From Promethearchaeum sp. (GTDB taxonomy: Archaea > Asgardarchaeota > Lokiarchaeia > Sigyniarchaeales > Promethearchaeaceae): a stretch of 16,538 bases of DNA. Position numbers and translations under genes: made by a program. Of the stretch, positions 1 to 8,022 are shown piece after piece; within the stretch, counting starts at the first letter, position 1; the number at the start of each line of letters is the position of its first letter. The stretch spans positions 1 through 16,538 of the forward strand of contig JAUWOE010000069.1 of NCBI GenBank assembly GCA_030612265.1. The letters run 5' to 3'. The notes under the pieces were generated by a model. That model was not told the origin of the DNA and did no database searches. It saw nothing but the letters and a program-made list of their open reading frames with translations.

Positions 1-111
1 AGGAAAATTATAATCATCTGCAATTTTAACATGAAGATTGAGAATGAATGGAATGTCGTCCAAAATAGTTCCATCTAAATCGAAAATAAAACCAATTTCC
101 TTTGTTTTCAT
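1..111 (-). CDS. HAD-superfamily hydrolase/phosphatase, N-terminal 37 codons only (gene runs off the left edge)
   Basis: Manual reverse-strand translation from the ATG at 111..109 gives MKTKEIGFIFDLDGTILDDIPFILNLHVKIADDYNFP. FDLDGT is HAD motif I (DxDGT) at the usual distance from the N-terminus. The frame stays open to the window edge. Confidence 0.6.
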   Translation of the reverse strand, partial: MKTKEIGFIFDLDGTILDDIPFILNLHVKIADDYNFP

Positions 112-230
112 GTTTTCTAATAATGAATACTAAACTATTACCATTCTGAATTTAAATTGGAAAAAATATCAAAAAATTCATAATATCCAATAACATATAT
201 TTATAGTAAAAACGTTTTAAAGAAAATTGA

Positions 231-677
231 GTGAAAAAAATGGCGAGAAAATCTGCTAGCAATTTAAAAAAAGGTAACTATTATATTTACGAGGGCGAAC
301 CTTACTTAGTTTTATCCAACGACCATAGTAAGTCGGGGAAACACGGTCATGCCAAGAGCCGGATAGGCTGTGTGGGTTTATTTACTAAGAAAAAAAAATC
401 ATTGACCATGACCGCCGATACAAGCGTAGAAGTTCCCGAAATTGAAAAAAAAACCGGACAACTTCTAGATATTAATGAAAATGATCAAATAGTGCATATA
501 ATGGACTTGGAAACTTATGAATCCATTGAAGTAATGTATCCCTTTGAGGACGATGAATTAAACCTAAAAAAACTTACCAAATTAATCGGCGATCATGAAC
601 TACAAGGAGAATGCACAATAGATTTCTGGACGGTAATGGAAAAATCGTTTGTAACAAGAGTAATTCTTCCGAAATAG
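231..677 (+). CDS. eif5a: Translation initiation factor 5A (aIF5A)
   Basis: 148-aa ORF with the hypusine loop SKSGKHGHAKSRI (modified Lys would be K37, codon 339..341) and the length expected for a/eIF5A. The start could be GTG 231 or ATG 240. A TATA-like TTTATA lies at 200..205. Confidence 0.9.
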   Translation: MKKMARKSASNLKKGNYYIYEGEPYLVLSNDHSKSGKHGHAKSRIGCVGLFTKKKKSLTMTADTSVEVPEIEKKTGQLLDINENDQIVHIMDLETYESIEVMYPFEDDELNLKKLTKLIGDHELQGECTIDFWTVMEKSFVTRVILPK

Positions 678-736
678 GTCTTTCGTAAAATTTTTTTTAG
701 TTTTAATCAATAATGTGAATTTGAGGGGAATTTCAT

Positions 737-1672
737 ATGCATGAAAATCTTTTTAAGATCAAGCCGAAAAGTGAAGGTGATAATCGTTCTGTAGCCATAG
801 CTTGTCGTTTAGATTCTCCGAAAGCCCTTAAGGTCGTTCAGTTCATTACAGATTATTTATTGCAACGAAAAGAAAAAATCTCATATGAAACTCGCATTTC
901 CTCGAAATTTATCCGTCATTTTGCTAAAAATTTAGAAGATATGACTGTTTCTAATACCAAATTCTTAATCTCTGTAGGAGGGGATGGGACAGTTTTACGT
1001 ATTGCTCAAAATTTGCCTAAAGTGGATCCTCCTTTAATTTTAGGGGTTAATTTGGGTAGTGTTGGTTTTTTAGATGAATCTGATGCTGATCCTGATATTT
1101 TAAAGAAAGACTTGGATAAAGTATTCAAAGGTGAATATTTCGTAGAAACAGCGTCAAGATTATCAACTTTTATCGGAAAGCATAAACTCCCGCTAGCTTT
1201 AAACGAAGTTCTTATAATATCTTCAAAACCTTCTAAAGTGTTATATGTCAGCATTGAAATCGACGGTAATTATTTCACTTCGAGTTATTTAGACGGTTTA
1301 ATAGTTTCAACGCATACGGGTTCAAGTGCTTACGCATTAAGTGCAGGAGGATGTCTTATGGATCCTAGGTTGAATGGTTTTGAAATCGTTCCTCTTAACC
1401 CTTCTGCAAGTACTGGAGTATTTCGCCCTTTAATTGTTCCAGATTTCGCTGAAATTACTATTAAACTTGAAAGAGCGAGACTAAATGGTCTTGTAATCAT
1501 AGATGGTCAAGCCGAATATAAGGTCAGTCCTCAAGTTTCTGTTAAGATCTTACGCTCGGATAGTGAAATTCAATTTATTCGCTTTAAAGAGAATGTTTTG
1601 GGTTATTTTAAAAGAGTTCGTGAGAAGATTCTATTCAGTAGGAACATTATTGAGAACTCAATCGATAATTAA
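737..1672 (+). CDS. nadK: NAD(+) kinase
   Basis: 311-aa ORF with the GGDGTVLR motif, the NLGSVGFL motif and DGLIVSTHTGSSAYALSAGG, all characteristic of ATP-NAD kinases. A GAGGGG Shine-Dalgarno-like site at 723..728 sits 8 nt upstream of the ATG. Confidence 0.85.
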   Translation: MHENLFKIKPKSEGDNRSVAIACRLDSPKALKVVQFITDYLLQRKEKISYETRISSKFIRHFAKNLEDMTVSNTKFLISVGGDGTVLRIAQNLPKVDPPLILGVNLGSVGFLDESDADPDILKKDLDKVFKGEYFVETASRLSTFIGKHKLPLALNEVLIISSKPSKVLYVSIEIDGNYFTSSYLDGLIVSTHTGSSAYALSAGGCLMDPRLNGFEIVPLNPSASTGVFRPLIVPDFAEITIKLERARLNGLVIIDGQAEYKVSPQVSVKILRSDSEIQFIRFKENVLGYFKRVREKILFSRNIIENSIDN

Positions 1673-1687
1673 ATTAAAATTATTTTA

Positions 1688-2266
1688 TTGGAAAAGAATT
1701 ATATGGTCGCAAATTTTAATTCCCTTAATTTTATAATACTGGATAATACAGCCTTCGTATCCGCTTTTGATCCAAACCAAGTAGCTCTTCAGAATCCTGG
1801 AATTCGCTTTTATATAACATCAAGTGTGTATGATGAGGCAATATCCAATCCGAGATCTTCGCGGATAATAGAAATAGCGGAAGATCAACAAATATTAAAA
1901 TTAAGAGACCCAATACCGGAATCTTTGAAATATATTAGCAATACTGCAGAAGATACAGGTGATATTGCTGTTTTATCCAAAACCGATCAAGGAATTATTG
2001 CATTATACATTGATTTAAAAAAAGATTTCCCCGATCAGAATGGGATAATTATATCTGATGATTATTCGGTTCAAAATGTATGTGCTCTGTTAAAAATCCC
2101 TTATTTTTCATATCAAAAACGCGGGATTAAAAGAAATATTAAATGGGAGATTTATTGCCCCTATTGTTATGAAACATTTCCGTCGAAATTATTAGGGAAA
2201 AAATGTGATCATTGTGGAGCAACCCTAAAAAGACGAGCTTATAGAGGAAAAAAAAGAAAACTTTGA
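1688..2266 (+). CDS. nob1: Nob1-like endoribonuclease (PIN domain + C-terminal zinc ribbon), pre-16S rRNA 3'-end processing
   Basis: PIN-type acidic motifs are present (ILDNTAF, TSSVYDE, SKTDQGIIAL, ISDDYSVQNV). They are followed by CPYC-x15-CDHC and a basic tail, which is the archaeal Nob1 architecture. The start is TTG 1688 or ATG 1703. Confidence 0.75.
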   Translation: MEKNYMVANFNSLNFIILDNTAFVSAFDPNQVALQNPGIRFYITSSVYDEAISNPRSSRIIEIAEDQQILKLRDPIPESLKYISNTAEDTGDIAVLSKTDQGIIALYIDLKKDFPDQNGIIISDDYSVQNVCALLKIPYFSYQKRGIKRNIKWEIYCPYCYETFPSKLLGKKCDHCGATLKRRAYRGKKRKL

Positions 2267-2342
2267 ACTTTAAAAATATAATAGGTAAAATAAATATAAT
2301 AAGGTAAACACTAATTATTTTGTTAATAAGAGGCGATAAATA

Positions 2343-3392
2343 TTGGGAGTTAAACTAAAAGAATTGGTCGAAGATGTAAAAAAAATAATTACTTTTGAAA
2401 ATTTACTTAGTAAGACAATCGCTATTGATGCTTTTAATATTCTTTATCAATTTTTGGCAATAATTCGCGGTGTAGATGGCACACCATTAAAAGATTACGA
2501 GGGGAATGTAACCTCGCATTTATCGGGAATTTTTTATCGAACGATTAGAATTATTGAAAAAGATATTAAACCAATATACGTTTTTGATGGTCCGCCCAAT
2601 ACTATGAAAATGGCTGAAATACAACGTAGAAGAATTATAAGGCAAGATGCGAGAAAAATGGCTAAAGAAGCCCAGGATTTAGGTAGAATCGAAGAAGCTG
2701 CAAAATTTGCTCAAGCTTCAAGTAAATTAAATTCTGTTATGATAGAAGAAAGCAAAGAACTTATTGCAGCAATGGGAATTCCTGTAATTCAAGCAGCTCA
2801 AGATGGGGAGGCACAAGCAGCTTTTCTAGTTCAAAATGGGGATGCTTGGGCAGTTGCATCTCAAGATTATGACTCTTTTCTTTTCGGGGCTCACCGGATC
2901 GTGCGTAATCTATCCCAAAATAGGCAACGAAAAGTTAAATCAACAACAATTAGTATAGATCTGGAATGGTTTAATCTTAATCAGGTTTTAAAATATAATC
3001 ATATTTCAAGGGAACAATTAATCGACATTGGAATATTGAGCGGAGTTGATTTTTTTCCCGGAGTAAGCGGTGTAGGAACAAAAACTGCGTTCAATCTTAT
3101 CAAAGAACATGATAATCTAGAAAATATGCTAGAAAAAAACATTATAATTCGTAAAAAACCAATTAGTGAAAGTATAGATTTAGATACAATAAGGCAAGTA
3201 AGGGAAATTTTTCTAAATCCAACGATCAATAAAGATTACCCAAAACCAAAATGGAAACGCCCGGATAGTGATAAAATAAAGGAAATTCTTTGTGAAAGGC
3301 ATAATTTTTCCGAAGAAAGAGTAGAAAGTGCCTTGATTAGGTTAAAAAAAAAGGCTGGAACAACCCAGAAACGTATAGATAGTTTTTTTTAA
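2343..3392 (+). CDS. fen: Flap endonuclease 1 (FEN-1)
   Basis: 349-aa ORF with the conserved FEN-1 N-terminus MGVKLKEL..IAIDAFNILYQFL and the XPG-N, XPG-I (QAAQDGEAQAAFL, SQDYDSFLFG) and H3TH (GVSGVGTKTA) regions. It uses a TTG start at 2343, preceded by GAGG about 10 nt upstream. Confidence 0.92.
   Translation: MGVKLKELVEDVKKIITFENLLSKTIAIDAFNILYQFLAIIRGVDGTPLKDYEGNVTSHLSGIFYRTIRIIEKDIKPIYVFDGPPNTMKMAEIQRRRIIRQDARKMAKEAQDLGRIEEAAKFAQASSKLNSVMIEESKELIAAMGIPVIQAAQDGEAQAAFLVQNGDAWAVASQDYDSFLFGAHRIVRNLSQNRQRKVKSTTISIDLEWFNLNQVLKYNHISREQLIDIGILSGVDFFPGVSGVGTKTAFNLIKEHDNLENMLEKNIIIRKKPISESIDLDTIRQVREIFLNPTINKDYPKPKWKRPDSDKIKEILCERHNFSEERVESALIRLKKKAGTTQKRIDSFF
3366..3389 (+). other. PCNA-interacting PIP box at the FEN-1 C-terminus
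   Basis: The last eight codons encode QKRIDSFF, matching the canonical Qxx[LIM]xx[FY][FY], directly before the stop at 3390..3392. Confidence 0.75.
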
Positions 3393-3458
3393 ATGATAGT
3401 ATTTTAGTATCATAATCTATTTACGAACGGTTTAACTTATTTAATGTGAGAAATAAAG

Positions 3459-5693
3459 ATGAGCACAGAAGGAATTCCTAAAAAAAAATCAACCAAATCG
3501 CCTAAAACTCTGAAATTAAGAGTCCAAGAAGCTCGTAAGCGCGATGTAGGCCGCTCAATAATAAGATTGGACTCAGATTCGATGAAGCAGCTATCTGTTA
3601 ATACGGGAGAAATTATTGAAATAAAGGGAAAAGAAAAGACTACCGCTGCAATTGCATGGCCATCCTACCCTCAAGACCAAGGATTGGGAATAATACGCAT
3701 TGATAGCCGTGTTCGGAGAAATGCTAATGTAAAAATCGATGATTTTGTAGAAGTATCAAAAATTAAGGAAGAAACTACAAAATCAGTTATTCTTGCCCCT
3801 ATCTCATTAAAAATTACCCCGAATGTTCGGTTTGAGAGTTTTGTTAAAAGAAAATTACTTAATTTTCCAATTGCGAAAGGAGATTTAATTTATATTAACA
3901 TAGGAATGACCAAAGAAATTGTATTTCGTGCAATTTCGATAAAACCCCCAGGTATATCCATCATTAAACAAGTAACCCAGTTATCAATTAAGGAATCTAC
4001 TAATGAAGAAATCCCAACCGGAATTGCTTATATTACCTATGAAGATATTGGGGGTTTAGATAATGAAATTCAACAAGTCAGGGAAATGGTTGAACTTCCA
4101 TTAAAACATCCTGAACTATTCAAACGCTTGGGGATTGATCCGCCTAAAGGAATTTTATTACGTGGGCCTCCAGGATGCGGTAAAACTCTTCTAGCAAAAG
4201 CAGTAGCTAATGAAAGTCGTGCCCATTTCATTTCTATTAATGGTCCCGAAATTATGAGTAAATTTTACGGAGAATCTGAAAAGAAATTAAGAAGTTTATT
4301 TAAAGAGGCTGAAGAGAAAGGACCTAGTATAATTTTTATTGATGAGATAGATGCAATCGCTCCAAAACGAGAAAATGTCACAGGAGAAGTCGAACGCAGG
4401 GTAGTTGCACAATTACTTGCTTTAATGGATGGGTTAGAAACACGAGGAAGGGTTGTGATAATCGGTGCAACAAATCGACCTAATGCCGTGGATCCGGCAT
4501 TAAGGCGCCCCGGACGTTTCGATAGAGAATTAGAAATAAAAGTTCCAGGAGAAAAAGGAAGAATGGAGGTTCTACAAATTCATACACGTAAAATGCCATT
4601 GGATAAAGATGTTGTCCTCACTGAAATTGCCCGGAAAACCCATGGTTTTGTTGGAGCAGATATTGCAAGTTTAGTTCGCGAAACTGGAATGTATGCTTTA
4701 CGAAGGTATCTTCCAAAAATCAATCTGGAAGAGGATGATGTTGATCCTAAAATCTTGGAAAAAATGGTTGTCAAAAAGTTAGATTTTGATAACGCATTTA
4801 AGGAAATTATCCCATCGGGAATTCGTGAGGTTTTTGTCGAAATCCCATGTGTTCACTGGAATGATGTTGGAGGATTAGATTATACGAAACAACAATTGAT
4901 CGAATCGGTAGAATGGCCAATTAAAAATCCTGCAGCATATAAAAGAATGGGGGTTTCTCCTCCGACAGGTGTGTTATTATATGGCCCACCAGGGTGCGGA
5001 AAAACTTTACTGGCACGAGCAGTTGCTACTGAATCTGAAGCAAATTTTATATCAATAAAAGGACCAGAATTACTCTCAAAATGGGTCGGTGAAAGTGAAA
5101 AAGCAGTTAGAGAAGTTTTTCGGAAAGCGAAGTTAGCAGCACCTTGTATTATCTTTTTTGATGAGCTTGATAGTATTGCTCCACGTCGTGGGAGTGGCGG
5201 TTCTGATTCAGGAGTAACTGAACGAGTAATTTCTCAGCTCTTGACGGAGCTCGATGGGTTAGCTCAAACAAAACAGATAATTCTTATTGCTGCTACAAAT
5301 CGACCAGATATTATGGATCCTGCATTAATGAGACCTGGAAGGATAGATAGATTATCATATGTCGCTCCCCCTACATCCGATGATAGAGAAAAGATCTTTA
5401 AAATTTTTACTAAAAACATGCCCCTTGCTGATGATGTAGATATCCATAATTTAGCTGTTAAAAGTGAATTTTTCTCAGGAGCCGACATTGAGTCTCTTTG
5501 TAGAGAAGCAGCGATCAGAAGTCTGCGAGAAAATATAAGGGCTGATAAAATTTTTAACAAACACTTTAAAATTGCAATGGATGATATTCACCCAAGTGCG
5601 TCTCCAGAAGTTTGCGAATTTTATGAAAAATTTGAAGAAAACATGAAAAGCAGAAGAATTGGGAAACACAAAAGAACTGATTTATACGCGTAA
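3459..5693 (+). CDS. cdc48: Cdc48/VCP/p97-type tandem AAA+ ATPase
   Basis: 744-aa ORF with an N-terminal Cdc48_N-like region (IIRLDSDSMKQLSVNTGEIIEIKG). It has two AAA modules, each with Walker A GPPGCGKT, Walker B (IIFIDEID / IIFFDELD), pore loops KFYGESE / KWVGESE and second-region-of-homology ATNRP..DPALRRPGR. Confidence 0.93.
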   Translation: MSTEGIPKKKSTKSPKTLKLRVQEARKRDVGRSIIRLDSDSMKQLSVNTGEIIEIKGKEKTTAAIAWPSYPQDQGLGIIRIDSRVRRNANVKIDDFVEVSKIKEETTKSVILAPISLKITPNVRFESFVKRKLLNFPIAKGDLIYINIGMTKEIVFRAISIKPPGISIIKQVTQLSIKESTNEEIPTGIAYITYEDIGGLDNEIQQVREMVELPLKHPELFKRLGIDPPKGILLRGPPGCGKTLLAKAVANESRAHFISINGPEIMSKFYGESEKKLRSLFKEAEEKGPSIIFIDEIDAIAPKRENVTGEVERRVVAQLLALMDGLETRGRVVIIGATNRPNAVDPALRRPGRFDRELEIKVPGEKGRMEVLQIHTRKMPLDKDVVLTEIARKTHGFVGADIASLVRETGMYALRRYLPKINLEEDDVDPKILEKMVVKKLDFDNAFKEIIPSGIREVFVEIPCVHWNDVGGLDYTKQQLIESVEWPIKNPAAYKRMGVSPPTGVLLYGPPGCGKTLLARAVATESEANFISIKGPELLSKWVGESEKAVREVFRKAKLAAPCIIFFDELDSIAPRRGSGGSDSGVTERVISQLLTELDGLAQTKQIILIAATNRPDIMDPALMRPGRIDRLSYVAPPTSDDREKIFKIFTKNMPLADDVDIHNLAVKSEFFSGADIESLCREAAIRSLRENIRADKIFNKHFKIAMDDIHPSASPEVCEFYEKFEENMKSRRIGKHKRTDLYA
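5682..5690 (+). other. C-terminal HbYX-like tripeptide (L-Y-A) of Cdc48
   Basis: The protein ends ...KRTDLYA. The order hydrophobic-Tyr-X at the extreme C-terminus is the 20S-proteasome docking motif known for archaeal Cdc48/PAN. Confidence 0.55.
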
Positions 5694-5701
5694 ATACAAA
5701 A

Positions 5702-5709
5702 TTTTTTTT
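5702..5709 (+). terminator. Oligo-T tract (T8) 9 nt after the cdc48 stop, a candidate archaeal terminator
   Basis: TAAATACAAAATTTTTTTTA follows the stop directly. Archaeal RNAP terminates at oligo-T stretches. The AT-rich background lowers specificity. Confidence 0.3.
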
Positions 5710-5799
5710 AATTTAATAGATTATTTAACCTTAGTTTTTTAAATAAATTATCTGGTAATATTTTTCTTACATTTTATTGAGAAATAATGGTAATTAACT

Positions 5800-6087
5800 A
5801 TGGCAAAAATGAAAATCGCATGGAATTCTATTCCTATCGAATATGAGATTATAAATGCATTAATCGACAACCGTGGCGAAATGCTCACCACCGACTTACA
5901 ACGCAAACTATCAAATATGTATGAAGATTTTAGTCGTACAGATTTGATGAAGCACCTATTTCGACTTGAGGTTCGTTCTTTTATACATGTCGTGGGAATT
6001 AAAAAAGATGTTTCTAAAGTAGAAATTAATAAAAATGGGCAATTTACCGAAGAAATTCGAAAAAGAATAAAAGAATTTATGCATTAA
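5800..6087 (+). CDS. Small (95 aa) predicted winged-helix protein, function unknown
   Basis: ORF with a helix-helix-helix-wing pattern (EYEIINALIDNRGEMLTTDLQRKLS .. RTDLMKHLFRLEVRSFIHVVGIKKDVSKVEIN). Its stop lies 2 nt from the stop of the convergent HerA-like gene. I recognise no family. Confidence 0.5.
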   Translation: MAKMKIAWNSIPIEYEIINALIDNRGEMLTTDLQRKLSNMYEDFSRTDLMKHLFRLEVRSFIHVVGIKKDVSKVEINKNGQFTEEIRKRIKEFMH

Positions 6088-6089
6088 AC

Positions 6090-7850
6090 CTATTCTTTAA
6101 TTTCAAAGCTATCAAAATCTATAAAATTTTCTTGGATAAAATTCGGCAAAATATTTCCTATTGGTTTTTTGGAGTTATTAAATGCATCTTTATCAACATA
6201 TTTTTGACAAATTTCAGAAATTAATTTTTCTCCACGAGGATTTGGTAATTCCCTCTTTCTAATTTTGGTAAAAATTGGATAATTTAATGCAGCGCCCATA
6301 ATCAAAGCATTACCTGTAGGTAATGTGCTAATTATATCGATTGAGCCCCTTGTTAAAGCTTCAGATGTTTGCTTTATATGTTTTAAATCATAGGGATTCG
6401 TTATTCTCATTACAATTTGAGTGTTACACTGAGATAAAGCAGTTGTACTGAGTCTGACAGGTCTTTGAGAAACCAAGACTAATTGTGCAAAAAATTTTCT
6501 TCCTTCACGTGCAATAGTTTCAAAGATATTCTTTGTTATTGCATTTTTACCTCCGTATTCAGGTAAAAAATTATGTGCTTCTTCAAGAAAAATGATAAAA
6601 GGGGAAATTTTCCCACTTCTGCGGTAATAGAATAATTTTGAAGTTATATAATGAAGTAAAATCTGTTTTTTTCTCATAGAAATTATTGAAGATAAATCCA
6701 AAATTGAAAGTTCTGCCACTTTTATTAATTCATAAATAGACGGAGATTCACTCTTGCCGAAAATGTTTAAATTATTTAAATCCGCTAACCAACCGATTAA
6801 AGTTGATTGCAATTTTGAATTTATATCGGGATTTTCTGATAATTCAGTAATGATGTCATTAATATCATAACCCTTTAAAACGTCATCATCTGTTGAAGTT
6901 TTACTCTTTTTGAATTTCTTTCTACAATTTTTTATAGATTTTCGAAGTTCTCGTAATTGTGGAACAGAAATACCTGGTTGATAATGTTTAAAATCATATT
7001 CTGTCAAATCTGGCACTCCAATTTGTATAAATAATCCATTAAAAATTGTAATTTTATTTTGTATTCTGTTTAAACTTGAAATTTTTGATTGTTCTAACTT
7101 TTCTTGGGTATTATCTTCTATTTTTTCCTTTAAAAAGCGATATTCACCATGAATATCTATAAGAAATAGAGCGGGTGTTCCTAGATCTTTTGGACGAGAT
7201 AAAAGTTCTTCAAATAAAACTGATATTAGATAACTTTTTCCCGCTCCCGATTGAGCCAATATTGCTACATGTTTATTAAAAAGACGATTTATATTCAAAG
7301 TGACATCTTGATTATAATTGCTTAAATTTCCAATATTTAGTCCTTTATCATCTAGACCTAAGAAATTTCTAAGATAATCTCCTTTTAGAATATATACCTC
7401 ATTACCTGGATTGACTGGAAATCCTACTCTTTGGATCTTCTTAAAAATTGAAGGATCAATTTTTTCAGAAAATTTATTTTTAGAGCGAACTGTTCCTAAC
7501 AGATGTACGTCGACAATGTTACATTCCCATTGATCACTCGGGAAGAAATTTTGCATATTAACATTTGCAAGATTAAAGTTTTTCACTGTTTGAACATTGG
7601 AGAAATATTGATTATTCGTTCTGATTTGCTCAATTATACCAATCACAAAACCTTCATGTGATTCTACTAAACAATATTGGCCCTGTTGTATAAAAAGTGA
7701 GTTTTTTGATGTGAATGCAGACTGATTATTAGTAAGGATGAATGAATATTCAAATATATTAGGAGATAAGTTATTAATTCCTGAGATAACAATTCCAATT
7801 GATTCGATTTGCTGTTTTGATTTTGAATCAAGAACTTTTTGAAGTGTCAT
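6090..7850 (-). CDS. HerA/FtsK-superfamily (DUF87-type) ATPase with N-terminal HAS-barrel-like domain
   Basis: 586-aa ORF with an N-terminal barrel-like segment (IGIVISG...GQYCLVESHEGFVIGIIEQI). It has Walker A AQSGAGKSY (codons at 7233..7250), a DIHGEY motif, Walker B FIIFLEEAHNFLP and the HerA-typical REGRKFFAQLVLVSQRPVRLSTTALSQCNTQIVMRITNPYD. A TATA-like ATTTTAAAAA on the minus strand at 7875..7884 lies about 30 nt upstream of the ATG. Confidence 0.8.
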   Translation of the reverse strand: MTLQKVLDSKSKQQIESIGIVISGINNLSPNIFEYSFILTNNQSAFTSKNSLFIQQGQYCLVESHEGFVIGIIEQIRTNNQYFSNVQTVKNFNLANVNMQNFFPSDQWECNIVDVHLLGTVRSKNKFSEKIDPSIFKKIQRVGFPVNPGNEVYILKGDYLRNFLGLDDKGLNIGNLSNYNQDVTLNINRLFNKHVAILAQSGAGKSYLISVLFEELLSRPKDLGTPALFLIDIHGEYRFLKEKIEDNTQEKLEQSKISSLNRIQNKITIFNGLFIQIGVPDLTEYDFKHYQPGISVPQLRELRKSIKNCRKKFKKSKTSTDDDVLKGYDINDIITELSENPDINSKLQSTLIGWLADLNNLNIFGKSESPSIYELIKVAELSILDLSSIISMRKKQILLHYITSKLFYYRRSGKISPFIIFLEEAHNFLPEYGGKNAITKNIFETIAREGRKFFAQLVLVSQRPVRLSTTALSQCNTQIVMRITNPYDLKHIKQTSEALTRGSIDIISTLPTGNALIMGAALNYPIFTKIRKRELPNPRGEKLISEICQKYVDKDAFNNSKKPIGNILPNFIQENFIDFDSFEIKE

Positions 7851-7960
7851 TATTTCGAGTTATTTTCCACAGCCTTTTTAAAATGACGAGTCTAACGGTT
7901 TAGTTCATTTGATTCTTAGAAAAAAAATTCTTCCAATTATTCAATGATAACTTTTTTGAA

Positions 7961-7984
7961 AAATGTTTCCATATGGAAACATTT
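7961..7984. promoter_or_regulatory. Perfect 24-bp palindrome (candidate operator) overlapping the BRE/TATA region of the 8023 operon
   Basis: AAATGTTTCCAT|ATGGAAACATTT is its own reverse complement with no mismatch. Its 3' end overlaps a TATA-like TTTATATG at 7982..7989, about 35-40 nt upstream of ATG 8023. It lies in the 172-nt divergent intergenic region shared with the HerA-like gene. Confidence 0.5.
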
Positions 7985-8022
7985 ATATGTTTTTAATCTA
8001 TTTTTTTTTTGATTAAGAAAAT

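Noticed and set aside
390-453. Two A9 homopolymer runs (390-398 and 445-453) inside aIF5A, considered as slippery or programmed-frameshift sites
   Set aside because: Both are read through in frame as KKK/EKK within a full-length conserved protein. No alternative-frame product is apparent, and A-runs are common in this AT-rich genome.
1006-1254. 82-aa minus-strand ORF inside nadK
   Set aside because: It lies entirely antisense to a confidently assigned CDS, has low-complexity composition and no motif, so it is a shadow ORF.
1503-1913. 77-aa plus-strand ORF (1503-1736) and 60-aa minus-strand ORF (1731-1913) overlapping the nadK 3' end and nob1
   Set aside because: Both are out of frame or antisense to well-supported genes and have no recognisable domain or upstream signal.
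2999-3229. 76-aa minus-strand ORF inside fen
   Set aside because: It is antisense to FEN-1 and looks like a hydrophobic/low-complexity translation artefact.
3393-3413. Imperfect hairpin ATGATAGTA-TTT-TAGTATCAT just after the fen stop
   Set aside because: The stem is only 8 bp with one G-G mismatch and is all A/T. Archaeal termination does not require hairpins, so this is probably chance.
4580-5669. Three minus-strand ORFs (64, 98 and 64 aa) inside cdc48
   Set aside because: All are antisense to the Cdc48 D1/D2 coding sequence and none has features of a real gene.
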